64,000 bases of DNA from Amphiscolops sp. MND2022 (taxonomy: Eukaryota). Both the position numbers and the translations under genes were made by a program. Of this stretch, positions 1-11,493 are shown in pieces (the first letter of the stretch is position 1; each line of letters begins with the position of its first letter). The stretch is taken from positions 34,970,001 to 35,034,000 of the forward strand of contig OZ076409.1 of the NCBI GenBank assembly GCA_964187785.1, in the 5' to 3' direction. The notes below the pieces were generated by a model. It had not been told where the DNA came from, made no database searches, and saw only the letters and a program-made list of their open reading frames with translations.

Positions 1-590
1 TCGTTGATTTCTATTCTTTTCTGTGTATACTGAGGTTTCTTTTTCACAATTGCCAATTAAACTTTTTTGTAGCCCATTTTCGTTGAGATTTTCTGTTTTC
101 AGTCGTTTTTCCTGCAGCAAACCTATCTACACATTCTTATGTTGCGCATGTCAGGTTGCTGACTGATAGTAATACGATTGTTTCAATTTTTGGCAATTTT
201 CGATCGAAAAGTGCAAAAAACCTTGTTCCTTTTCTTTCAACTATAAATAATTCTTGAAAAATGCTTATGCTCCTGATTTTGTTCATTTTTGTAGCTTTCA
301 AAAAAAATGTACCAAAACTGTATAATGATCACCTAAAGCTGTTCGCTTTGTAAATGTAGACGATTAAAAACTGGAAAGTGCGTGATCTAAACATGCTGAG
401 GTGTTATCCGTAACGCTGGTCGGTTGGTTCTGAGTTCTGTTTGAAGTAATCCAAAAGCTTTTTCGATTTTCTCAGTGAGTCAAAATTGGAGTTTCGAAAA
501 TTCAATTGAATCATTTTTGTGGCCATGTGAGAACGTCTAACAAATGTCTCGAAGATTAAAGTGGTCTGAAGAAAAGTATTTTATTTTATT
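1..590 (-). mobile_element. Decayed non-LTR retrotransposon (LINE) ORF2 fragment: APE-endonuclease C-terminus and following linker
   Basis: Minus strand encodes TSACLDHALSS...ALGDH (APE 'xCIDH...SDH' motifs), then ECVDRFAAGK...KWATKK-like linker sequence. It carries stops and frameshifts. 297-590 is a diverged copy of 4536-4828. Confidence 0.55.
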
Positions 591-1361
591 GGGTGACACA
601 TTTAAATACTTATGGATTTCCGTTCGTGGTTTTCTGCCGTAATGACGTTCGAACGGTGTTTGCTTTATGCTAGAATGGACCGTTGTTCTCATTACATTTA
701 GTGAACGGCTTAATAATGCGTCGTTTATGTTGTGTCCTTCCTCTAAGCTCGTTCCGAGGTATTCTTTTGATGTTCTAATACCCCTTTTCCCCAGTCCGGT
801 TGGTGTGTGTATATATGGTGTTCCATATATTAGATAAATGTTCAGAGATTTACAGAGTTCTCTAAATTCTTTTCCAGTAAAGGCAGTGCCTTTATCTGTT
901 CTAAAGGTTTGTGGTAGGCCATTTAGTGTAACATATTGTTCCAAAAATGTTTTTGCTGTTCTTCCTGTCGGTGCTTCACAAATGCACGCAGCCGGCCATC
1001 TGCTGTACCGGTCTATTGAAAGTAATATGTAAAACCTTCGGTGCTTAAATCTTATTGGTCCAATGAAATTCAATTGGATTTCTTGGTTTACTTTCTCTAC
1101 CGGTGGTAAGTAGTTAATTTCGGTCATCGGTAATTGTGGTTTAATGCTCTCACCTATGCTCTTACCTGCCATTTTGCACGGAATGCATTCATCGCATTTT
1201 TGCTGTATTTCCCGTGTTATTCGTGGCCACCAGAATGGTTTCGCCGCTGCCGTCATCTTGTTGATGGCCGAGTGTCCTTTGTGTAGGAGCATAATTATGG
1301 TTGTTCTCAGAGCCTTCGGGATTATAATTGTGTCTTCATAAGATACCACGCCAAATCTCAT
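591..1361 (-). pseudogene. Gypsy integrase (zinc-binding + rve core), truncated
   Basis: ORF 537-1361: LHKGH...WWP...CDECIPC, IDRYSRWP, TDKGTAFTG, TPFERHYGRKPR. The last codons run into the LINE fragment. Confidence 0.9.
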
Positions 1362-4334
1362 TGACAGTGGTTTCTGGTAAGGCGTGTATTCGTCGGGTAT
1401 TTAATCTAACGTTCTTCTTTCCAAACATATCAGTGTTTTCAGTAATTTTTTGTCATCGGTTGTTTCTGTGGCAATGGTTTTCAGGTCTGTAGTAAATTTT
1501 TGCTCCGCTTGCCTGATAGTCTCCTCCAAGTCCCATTTATTTTCAATTTGGATGTGACTGACCTGTTCTATCTGAATATACCTCACGCCGGTTGTCCCGA
1601 GGTATTTTTGAAGTTGATTGCTGGGACGCCGAATGATTCAACGGAACTTGTTGATTCTGTCTCAATTGTCTCCGGTGGGCTTTCTACTTGTTGTAGCCGT
1701 CGTTTTTGTTCCTGGGTGTTCTCCTTTTTGTTTTTGCGGCATGTTTCTTATTTTTTCTATCGATCGGTTTATTTTTTCTTTTCGTGTGGTGTCTTCCCCC
1801 GGTTCTTTATCTTGTTCTTCCATGCAGTTTTATTTATCCATGCACTTCTTTGATTTAAATTCAATTGGATTCGTTTTATTTCCGCTATGTGATGTCTTGG
1901 CGGATTGTACTTTTTCCAGACTCCATTAGATGTTCTGTATTCGCCGGGCTTTACCAGTTGTTCCAAACAGTTTGTTAGGTTGTAATGTTTCTTCCGATGG
2001 ATCAACTGTTTCAATTTGTTCAAGGCGACGAATGTCCATTGTTGTTTCGTGGTTGTACTGCTAGATGTTCTTTGTTTTTCGATCGAATGTTTTAAGCTGA
2101 GGTAGCAACGAACTGCGCTTGTTTGTTTTGTTCGCTTTTGACTTCGCTTAGTTCACTTTCCTTGAAGCTGTTTGGTTTAATTTCTGTTCACACTAATCAA
2201 TTTGGTCCGTTCGCGCTTCTGAATTCATCTTACCGGTGACGCTGCCGTAATTATTCATGAACTTTTGAAGAATTCACACTTCTTGGTGTTTAATCTGTAT
2301 CCCGCTTGTTCTAGTTTGGTCATTGTTTCTCTCACTTCCGCTTCGTGTTTATCTCTGTTTCCTTTGTTGACTATTGTTATATCATGTAGCCAGGCCGGGT
2401 GTTCGTGCTCCAAAGTTGCGTCTATCCGTTCTTGGAATCTTGTTGGAATATCTGCCAGTCCGTAAAAGCCTTTCAGGAAAGGGTAATATCCTGTAAATTA
2501 TCCCATTACGGTAAATATGCATAAGTTTTTTGTATTTTCGTCGAGCTTGATTTGTTCGTATGCATCATCGAAATCGAGTTTTGTTGCCGTCTGATCCAGA
2601 TTTTGTGCGAAGTTCGTGATATCAATTCTTCCGTATTTGGCATTTGTGCTTTTCTCTTCACTGTAATCTCGCTAATTTTCTAGAATCGAGAGCACTTTTT
2701 ACCGACTTGTCTTCCCTCACTGTATCACTGCGGGGCTTAAAAAGCAACCTTCAGTTGTTTCTGTTGCTCTTCCCACATAACCGTGTTTTATCAAGCGTTT
2801 TAGCTCTTGTGCCACTTGGTCTTGTAAATGTATTGGGATTGGTTGTCCTTTTTGTTGTATTATTTGTGCTCCGGTTTTCAGTTTTATTTTGACCAAAAGA
2901 TTTTTAAACTCCTTATTGTTGTAAAATAAATCTTTGAAGTCGTTCTGGAGGTTTATAATCCTTCTTTCCGTGTTGTCCAGTTCTATGTTGTGAATTTGAA
3001 TTGCGTTGTTTATTGAACTCAAGTTGATTTTCAGCTGCTGCATCCAGTCCAATCCCATTAGCGGCGCGGTTTATGCTTTTGTAATTAAGAATGGTAGTTA
3101 GATAGTTTCTTTGTTTGTTTTGACCGTAGCTTTCGTTGGCCCACGAGAATAATCTTTTGATTGTTTACATCTTTATAAGTGGTCTGGTCTTGAGTGGTTG
3201 AATTGATGTAATTTTGCTAAATAGACATTCCGGAATGAGTGTAATTGGTGAGCCGCTGTCAATAATGAATTTGATTGGTATGTTGTTAACCAATAGTGTG
3301 GCATTGTAAAAACCTTCCTTCTGTTTTGTGGTATGTATTCTCTGAATTCTATTGTATTCCCAGTTATCTTCTTCTTCCGATGATGTTGTTATATCAACGT
3401 ATTGTACTCGTTTCATTGATCTGCACATCTTTTCGTAATGGCCTCTTTTGCATTTTCTACATTCTGCCGCTTTTGCTGAGCAAATGTGCGGTCTCGACCA
3501 ATTTGGTGCCCCGCAGTGTGCACATCGGTTATCTTGGCTTTTGCTTTTGATATTCCGGTCTTTTCTTTGTTCTGTCCACAACGGATTTGTCGGTCCATTT
3601 TCGTTTGTATGGTCGTTCTTGTACGGTTTTAATTCCCTTCTGTCAATCGAAATGTTTGAATCATTAAATCGATCGTATATGTGTTCATGTATCAAGGCTG
3701 TTATTGTTTCGATCGTCATGTCGCTTTTTTCGAATTTTTTGCTTTAGTTCATAATCGCCTAATGATCTGCCGATTACAGATAGGAACTTTGATGCTATCA
3801 ATTCTGCTGTTTTTACGTTCTCGAATTCGCACTTCTTTTTCACATTTAGTATTCTCGTCCATACGTCTTCTAATGTTTCATGTTTTTCTCTTGTTATCCC
3901 AAAGAAGTCTGCTCTACTTTAGAATTTGTTTCGTTGCGGTATGAAATGTAACCAGAACAGCGAATACAATTGATTTTTGTCCATTCGATTTGGGTCGTTG
4001 TATCTAACGGTTCTTGTCATCTCCGTTATTGCTGACTCGCCCAGTTCCCGTATGAATAAACCTTTGATCCGGTGTTCCAGATCGTCCCTGTAGTTTTGTA
4101 ATATTTCACGATCTGTTGTCATTTCGTTGCGATCGATATTTTGGATCATTTTTTGTACTGCGTGAATTGTCTCCACCATTACTTCGCCTCCTGTATCCCG
4201 CGTTTTTCAAATGTTGGTAGTGTGATCTTTTGGCGCGTCTTTTCGGTTTGTGAGTTTGTTCTTTCGGAGGTTTCTCCGCGTGAAGAGCTTGTGCTCTCTG
4301 TTGCTTTTTGATTGACAATCTTGCTACTGCGTCA

Positions 4335-4532
4335 TGTCGTATCTTATGAATATGATAAGAAAACAAAGGTAGTGCTGTAAGATCTATTCTGTTCAAAAAG
4401 GGTATTCAAAGGTTTATGAATAGATCAGCACAATGTTGAGTAGTAGCGTTGTTGACAGGTACTAAATTGTAACTGCTACTAATTATAGTATACATACATG
4501 TAAAGTATTGCATGAAGTGACGTTATGTCACA
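4335..4532 (-). repeat. 5' LTR of the Gypsy element
   Basis: Minus strand reads TGTGACATAA...ATACGACA and is immediately followed by PBS-like TGACGCAGTAG, similar to TGGCGCAGTC at 50450. Confidence 0.65.
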
Positions 4533-4535
4533 GTT

Positions 4536-4935
4536 GTTTTCAAAAAATATGTACCAAAACTGTGTCATGATCACCCAAAGCTGTTCGCATTGTAAATGTA
4601 GGCAATTGAAAACTGGAAAGTGCGTGATCTAAACATGCTGAGGTGTTAACCGTAACGCTGGTCTGTTCTGAGTTCTGTTTCAAGTAATGCAAAAGCTTTT
4701 TCGATTTTCTCAGTGAGTCAATATTGGAATTTCGAAAATTCAATTGCACCATTTTTGTGGCCATATGAAAAAGTCTTACAAATGTCTCGAAGATTAAAGT
4801 GGTCTGAAGAAATGTTTTGTATTTTATCAGATTGCAGTGTTTAAACTACGCAGTTTCTTGTTACAATTTCTTGTTTGTTTCCAACAGTGCTTCATTTATT
4901 GCGCATTCTAAGTTTTTTTTCAAATGGTATTGCTC
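4536..4935 (-). mobile_element. Second LINE APE-endonuclease fragment
   Basis: ORF 4540-4764: FRNSNIDSL (GDFNID-like), TSVTVNTSACLDHALSS, ALGDHDTV. It is a diverged direct repeat of 297-590. Confidence 0.55.
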
Positions 4936-6578
4936 TTTATTCTGAAAATTTGTGAACGTTAAGGACGACACTGCTCTTCGCTTGTGACCATTTTCGGTGT
5001 TTAGATACGACTGGAGAGTGTAATCTATTGTAATCTATAGTCGGTTTGTGTCCTTTTTGTGTGCGTGTTCGCTTTTTCGTTTGGTTTCTTCTCCGAAGAA
5101 AAATGTTTCCGAAGAAACACATCCAAAGGGGTTCTCCGGCTCCTATCGTATTTCATGCTCGGTACAACAAGCCGTAAACGGCCTGTGCTTCAGGCGCGAA
5201 CTAAAATTTATCGTGAATAAGATGTAACGGCAACGCGTTAACAGAGGTTGAGGAACCTGAAGAAATGGGTGAATCGCTTGGGACAGGCGCCCATCGCCAC
5301 AATTCCATTTTGCCTCCAGAGGTGGAATACGTCCCCTGGTCGTGGGTTCTTCGACGAATACTGTCCAACCGGTCCTAGTCTTTGATTGCTAATAGTAACG
5401 GGCATCTTCCTGACTCTCTAAAGACCACCGCTTAACTAGCACATAAAAACAATACCAAGAATAAGGTAAATTTCCAGTTTCAGGTCGACATGGGAATAGT
5501 GTCAAAAATTGCGAAAACTAGCTCTCGGGCTAGCAAATACAGCTAAAAACAGTAAAAATACACCAAAACACGCATGAATCTGGCCTCCCACACAGCTACA
5601 AGCTGGGGCGCAGGGGTTCCAAGTACCAAACAAAGATCTTTAGGCAAAAAGACTTATTTTAATGGTTTCCGCTACATACGGTAGCATAATGCTGAAAATC
5701 TGTAAAAAAACCGGGGTTAGCATCTCAAAAAGAGTCTTTTTATGAGTTTTCACGGTCTATATGGGCTCTCAGGCCATTTCGTTCTCTGTGTTCTCGCTCG
5801 GTCTGCTCTCGTCTTCGTTTTGCATTCAAAATGGAAGAAACAGCGAAAAGAGAAGTCACATGCTCACTGCCACGTCACACATCGAATTAGAATTTTTGAG
5901 AAAATTTTTGAACTTAGCAAAGTTTCAAAATCGGTTGCATTTGCTGTACCAGAGGTTGTAAATATTTCCAAGTACAAGGAGATTTGCCATGACAATTTTT
6001 TGCAAAAGAATGGGAGACTTGGATCTTACTCTAATCTCAACTTTCAAGGTGGTGCAAAACGGAAGATATTTAATTGTTTTTCATCCACTTTTCTAGCAGA
6101 AGTCACTTAGAAGAATTTATCACAGTTTCAGAAACAAAATTGACAGTTTTCCATTTCCCTCTTTTTTTCCTTTTTTTTTCTCAGTTTTTATCGATCCTTC
6201 AAATGCTGTGCTCATTAAACTGGAGCTCATTTTTAAAATTTGGGTTGCAAATGAAAACTTATTTTTAAATGCTGAAGTAATTTCAGGTAGGAAATATGTT
6301 CATAAAAATTTTTGCAACTAATTAGTTCTGAAGTTTTGCTTGCTTGTGAATAAAACTTAATCTGAGAAAAATAAATTTTAAAATAAATGAAAATAAGAAT
6401 GTAAATGATTCAACAATATTATCGCTAACTAGAATTTTAAATCAATAATTCTGCCTTCCAATTTTTTTTCAAAGAATTCAAACAACATTTCGGTTAATAT
6501 TTTCATTGGTAGCTCGTCCACACTTCATATTGATAATTTCGAAATTAAGACAAACAATAGCTGTCGTAGGCTGCCGCC

Positions 6579-8341
6579 TGTGACGGCACATTAATAACGA
6601 CGTCAGCGGAAAATCAGGAAATCGTCCCAGGTACCCTACCCACGTTTTAAACTTTCCCTTACTGAAACTTATATTTACTAGTTAATCACATTCATTTTAT
6701 TTATTCAAGTGCATTTTTATATAATTGTTCGTGATATTAGTCTGTTAAAATTACGACTTGGAGCTATCCAAATCAGGTTGTGATTGAAATTGTAAAAAGA
6801 AGTTGTTGAAATTAATCAAAGCGGTAACGTACAATAAGCAAGTTAATCGCGAGAAGGAAACGTGTTCAAGTAAGAAAACGTCCCTTCTCGGCGATGTAAC
6901 TTTCAGTACGGTTATTAGCCAATCAGAGCTTTCCTTTTGCTAATTATGAGTGCTTTATTTATGATGGCCGGATATGGCCAATTGACTAAGCGGCGCTAAT
7001 TTAAATCAGTCCCACAGTCAAATGGACGGCCCCGGCCAATTCGAGCTTAATGGTGCTTTTGTTACATAATTGGATCAGTACTTACGCGGAGCTATTAGAA
7101 TCATGTTTTTAGACAAAATGAATACGGTTGTGATGTTTTGATGTTTGTATACCTTTGATTTGGATAAAGGGACGATTAAGGCCTTTTACCATGTTCTTCA
7201 TATGTGCAATACATGTTATGGATTTGGGCCTATTCCGGCCCTGATATGCGAGTGTATTCTCGTGAATATCAATGCAATATTAGAATTCCACACATAGTAA
7301 TGCATTCCGTTTTCAACCCAATTTGTAGTAAACTTATGCCGGCACGTGCCTTCGTTTAATGTTACTATAAAATACGTAAGGTGTGATATTTGTTTACATC
7401 ACACTTGAAGTGGTTCTAACCGATAAATTGTTTGAAGTTGCTACTTAAGATGACGACCCTGAATTCCATTCCTTAAATGTCCCCCGGAAATATGCAGTTG
7501 TCGGGGATTTTCTTATGATGATTGTAGAATCCTATGATTTGTCTTAATCAAAGTATGTAAAAAATGTGTGTGTCATCCCCTTAGGGGTATAAATACCCGT
7601 ACCCCTGTAGGAAGACTCATATTTTGCATTTCTCTTCATTTGATAAAGACGTTCATAATACAAACGGTTTCACTGTTAACTTTCCGGAATTGATAATTCA
7701 AATATTCACCCCGGTTCAGTCTTAATGCCTACTACAAGAAAGCAAAAGAAAGCAAGGAAATCTAGAGGATTAGAGATTCTCTCTGACATTGAAAACCTTG
7801 ACATAATGCTAGGTGAAAATCACTTCAATGACATGAGAAGAGACGAAAGTCTCGATGGAACTTCCATCAGAAGGCAAGAAAGTGTTACAAGTAATAACCT
7901 AGAAAATGAGGAAATGAATCTCCATTCTGGTCATAGAAATCCCGAAACTGGGACTAGTGCCGGTTACGACCGAATTACAGCGAGCATAGATTCTCAAGCT
8001 GAGATCAATAAGTTATCGAGTGAACTGAATTCTAGGATATCTAGAGAGATGGATGAGATGATGAACAGTGTTAGTTCCCAGATTCAGAGAGCCATAAGTG
8101 ATGCCATCAATAACCAAGTTTTGCCTCAAATTCAAAACTTTATTATGGCCGGTTCAGGACAGGAGACTAGGAGGGGATGGGAGAGGTCTGATGAGAGACC
8201 GGAAGGTTATTCCGAAGTTCAGTATAACGCGAAAACCAGATCTACCCTTAATAATGAACACGGTGACAAAACATACCGTAATGTTCATGACAATAGCCTC
8301 AAAGTATTCAAAACTCAGAAGAAAATTTTTTGACTGTTACA
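6579..8341 (+). mobile_element. Putative long solo LTR containing an ORF
   Basis: TGTGACGGCA...TGACTGTTACA termini (TG...CA, imperfect inverted ends), TATA-like GTATAAATA at ~7587, ORF running to the 3' end. No matching TSD. Confidence 0.5.
7725..8333 (+). CDS. 202-aa TE-associated ORF (basic N-terminus, predicted coiled coil), possibly a gag N-terminus
   Basis: ATG-initiated intronless ORF: MPTTRKQKKARKSR...INKLSSELNSRISREMDEMMNSVSSQIQRAISDAINNQVLPQIQ. It lies inside the putative LTR, downstream of a TATA-like box. Confidence 0.45.
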   Translation: MPTTRKQKKARKSRGLEILSDIENLDIMLGENHFNDMRRDESLDGTSIRRQESVTSNNLENEEMNLHSGHRNPETGTSAGYDRITASIDSQAEINKLSSELNSRISREMDEMMNSVSSQIQRAISDAINNQVLPQIQNFIMAGSGQETRRGWERSDERPEGYSEVQYNAKTRSTLNNEHGDKTYRNVHDNSLKVFKTQKKIF

Positions 8342-9414
8342 CAATCTCGGGCATTAACTGGGATGTTGAGACCGGAATATAATTCCACAAGCGCCGCCTA
8401 AAAACGTGAAAGAAACAAAAACTTCAAATGAACGCTGTGAGATTTTTTATTTTTTGAAAGCGGTTTCCAGCGCAGAAGAACTTTTCACTTCACTTTTGAG
8501 CCTTAAGCGTGATTCGCAGTTTCTTCAAATTTAGCATCATCTAACTACACTGTGGAGAACATGAATATTTTGTAACCTGACCTGACATCCTTGTAGGAGT
8601 TGATCTCAGGTCGCACCTCGAGCAGGTTCAGGTTGATTTTCAGAAGAGTGGCCGTGAGGTGCACTGCCCTACACGCGGGTCCTATCGCGTACTGGTACAG
8701 GGGCAACGGGTGCTTGTCCTTGACCCGACCCCACTTGTTGACCTCCTCCGGTCTCCACACCTCCCTCGAGTTCTTCAATGACTCGTCTCTCCTCAAACAC
8801 GAAATGACTTCATGAATTGTTCTTTAATCGTTTCAAGAAAATCGCAGATTGTTTTTTTTAAAATAATTTTTGCGACATACATTTTAATATAATTGAAAAT
8901 GATTATAATTTGTTACCTAATCAAGTAACTGATATAAAAAGGTATTTACTCAATGGCTGGAAACTAGTGGAACACCAAACCTGTTGAACCTTGTAAATAA
9001 TTTTTGGAACATACTACGTAGTTCCAAAATACCCTTAAAGTACTACGTACCCCTAATGGTTTGTGCTGCGCAGTACCCAGAATTTCAAATAGTTTTCATT
9101 TTAAAAACTAATTCAGAAAATTTTTGTTAATTTTTTTCTGGATTACGCAAAATGCCGTTTTAATGACGAACGTACTTGAATGTCAAAATGACCTAAACGT
9201 TCAAACAAAATTTTTCAACATCAAATGACTGTAGTGGGAAGACTAACAAATGAATGAGGGTAGTGTAGTCATCTTTGGGCAACAGAGGGTGATTATCTCG
9301 TCTGTAGCTCTCGGCTGGCCCCCCGAAATGGTGGTTGTAGCTCGTTTGCCACCAACTGCTTCTGTAACTGTCCGAAGTGGAATTCTGTTGCTGCTGCTGC
9401 GGGTTGGTGTTCAT
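8342..9414 (-). CDS. Spliced gene with a glutathione S-transferase N-terminal-like domain (5' part; exons 9414-9248, 8821-8582, 8397-~8342), apparently interrupted
   Basis: LYQYAIGPACRAVHLTATLLKINLNLLEV resembles the delta/theta GST N-terminus (LYY...SPPCRAVLLTA..LG..LNL..V). GT-AG introns have compatible phases (TT|GTTAGT...TAAAG|A; AG|GTCAGG...TTTTAG|G). Confidence 0.6.
8582..8821 (-). CDS. Exon 2 of GST-N-like gene
   Basis: GC-richer open segment TIHEVISCLRRDES...GPACRAVHLTATLLKINLNLLEVRPEINSYKDVR, flanked by AG and GT. Confidence 0.65.
9248..9414 (-). CDS. Exon 1 (coding) of GST-N-like gene
   Basis: ATG MNTNPQQQQQ...TTLIH with a phase-2 GTTAGT donor. Confidence 0.5.
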
Positions 9415-10548
9415 TTTGGAGACTTTGTAGACTTGCAGAGTAGAAAAATTGTTATGAAATGAAATATCAAGAGCAGCCAGAAGTGAACATAGCAGATAAA
9501 TAATCTAAAAGTATAGCTAGTCAACAGCGTGCTCACTAAGATTAGACCAATCTTTTTTGTTTAATGCGCTTGATTCAATCACAAAGCAACAAAAGACCAT
9601 GAACTAACGCTGACGTCGAATTAGCTAGTCAAAAGATGCATTTTGAAGAGAAATTAGTTGACGCAAAAGTGCTTCAGCTTCAAAAACATTTATGTTCGAA
9701 ATTTCATACACACAGTTTTCGTGTATGTGACAATTCTTCAGGAATGTGTCAAGTTCAATCGCATGAAGAAGGTGAACCATTTAAAAACTGGGCTAACAAC
9801 GCTGATGTTAAACAGTGAATCGAAATGTTATTGTGGAATGCAAGAAATGCAGAGTTGAAATAGCGTTAGGTGAAGAAAAATTCGAAAACCTTCTAAAGTG
9901 ATTGAAAATTACTTTAAAATGGGATACCTAACTTAAATTTGGAGACCATTTGCTTTCGTGAAACTTTGTAAATCGAGTAGAAATGTAAAATGATCAAAGG
10001 GGCCCTTTGGGTTTTGCTTCAACTTTAGGCTCCAACCTAACCTCTAACCAAATGGAAAATTTGGACCATTCAGTGTGAGATTTGCTGCATTCGCGAAGAA
10101 AATAATGTCTTCGTTTGTGGGTTACTTTTCTACTCTCTGTGCATCTTGAAACATGACCAAGTGTTGTCCAATTTTCAGTTCCTCAATAAACTTTTTGTTC
10201 CGTGATGTAAAATCCTGTGCAATTGTGTGCCTAAAAGTGCCCCCAAGACTGTTTCAGAAGTGTGCTTCAGTGCTCAGTGTTTTAATTTTGAACCAATTTA
10301 GGAAATTTTCAGAATTTTTCGTCGTATCAAAGTCCAGTGCTAGGTTGGAGTTTTTTGGATCGCAAAGTTTGAATGCATTAAATTGTAATTTAAAAATATG
10401 GTTCATTGCATGAAATTGAATTGTGACAGGGCTCAAACAAACTGTACATTTGAAACAAGAAGCTGAAAGAGATACCTAATTTAAAAAAGAACATTCTGAT
10501 TGACAAACTAAATTCAATTGATTGATTAATGCAAATTGTACAACCAAT

Positions 10549-11493
10549 TGTTATTGTTATTATTAGTACACAATAAGATACCAGTACCAGTTATAATTAT
10601 AGACCATTTCGTAATGGGTCGAATCAGTTTGCCATATGGTCTAATCAGAAAAAGAGTCAAAGAAGAGTGTTGCTTGTCCTTCTTTTCTTAAGACTCCAGA
10701 ACAATCTTCTTAGCTGAATTACTAAACTATCGCAACACTTTAACATGGCGCTGCGCAGCGAACCCAGGGGCATGACCCAATCATCAGCAATTAATTGCCG
10801 GATTACCGAGTTACTGGGCGGACGCTTCCAAATCACCACAATTAGAGTGGGAAAAGTGGATTGACTATTTCGAAGTCGCGCTAATGGCGAAAAATAACAT
10901 ATCAATTACTGAATTAACAAAAACTACAGGAGCCAAAGAAAAAAGTTTGATGGGTGATATGGAAGAGCCCACCGCCACAAAGAAAGCCGTCAGTGTACTG
11001 TATCTTGCTCTAGGAATGGCAGCCAGAAAAACAATTGCAAACAAATTTCCCGGCACAAATATTGCGAGGATGTCCCTGATTGATCTGCTGAAAAACTGTA
11101 AAGATTGTTTCGAGAAGCCGAAAAACGAAGTATTAGATTGATTCAATTTTTCGAGCCGCAAACAACACGAAGGTGAAACATTAAGACAGTTCTGGAATGA
11201 ACTGAACGGACTCGGCGCGAAATGTAATTTCGGAGGAACTACGGAAAGCCTTGTGAAAGATGTATTCATTGTGAATATAATGAACAAAGATGTGCAGCAA
11301 AAACATTGCACAGAACCCAAAACAACAATACAAGAAGATATCGAATTCACAATTGCCTACGAAGAAGGTACTATACAGCAGAAATCATTTGACAAATTGG
11401 AAAAGTAAATGTAAAAACAGAAGCAGGCGAAATAAACAACGTAAACCAAAGTGTAAATAAAAGAAGGGGTTTCACCAAGAAATGCTTCAGATG
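10549..11493 (+). mobile_element. Gypsy-type 5' LTR + PBS + decayed gag fragment
   Basis: ...CTTTAACA|TGGCGCTGCG (LTR end/PBS at 10745/10746). Gag-like RKQHEGETLRQFWNELNGLGAKCNFG...KDVFIVN ends at a zinc-knuckle start (KCFR), where the BEL LTR begins. LTR start is approximate. Confidence 0.7.

Larger units (their letters stand above)
591..4532 (-). mobile_element. Gypsy/Ty3 LTR retrotransposon, 3'-truncated and decayed (5' LTR, gag, protease, RT, integrase; RNase H deleted)
   Basis: Order on the minus strand: LTR 4532-4335, PBS-like TGACGCAGTAG, gag with CCHC-like knuckles (CAHCG...HIC...CRKC..GHY...C), protease FIIDSGS, RT fragments 2240-2760, integrase (HHCC, D..D FRTDKGTAF) 591-1400. RT KKCEFFK jumps straight to the linker. 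Confidence 0.9.

Noticed and set aside
297..590. Direct repeats 297-590 / 4536-4828 as the Gypsy LTR pair
   Set aside because: No TG...CA ends or PPT, they encode APE-like motifs, and a better LTR+PBS exists at 4335-4532.
8186..8240. CTGATGA as a hammerhead core
   Set aside because: No properly paired stem II followed by GAAA, and it lies in frame within the ORF.
11482..11493. ATGCTTCAGATG, also at ~19648, as the BEL TSD
   Set aside because: Not adjacent to the putative LTR end, too long for a BEL TSD, and the second copy is part of the PLE coding relic.
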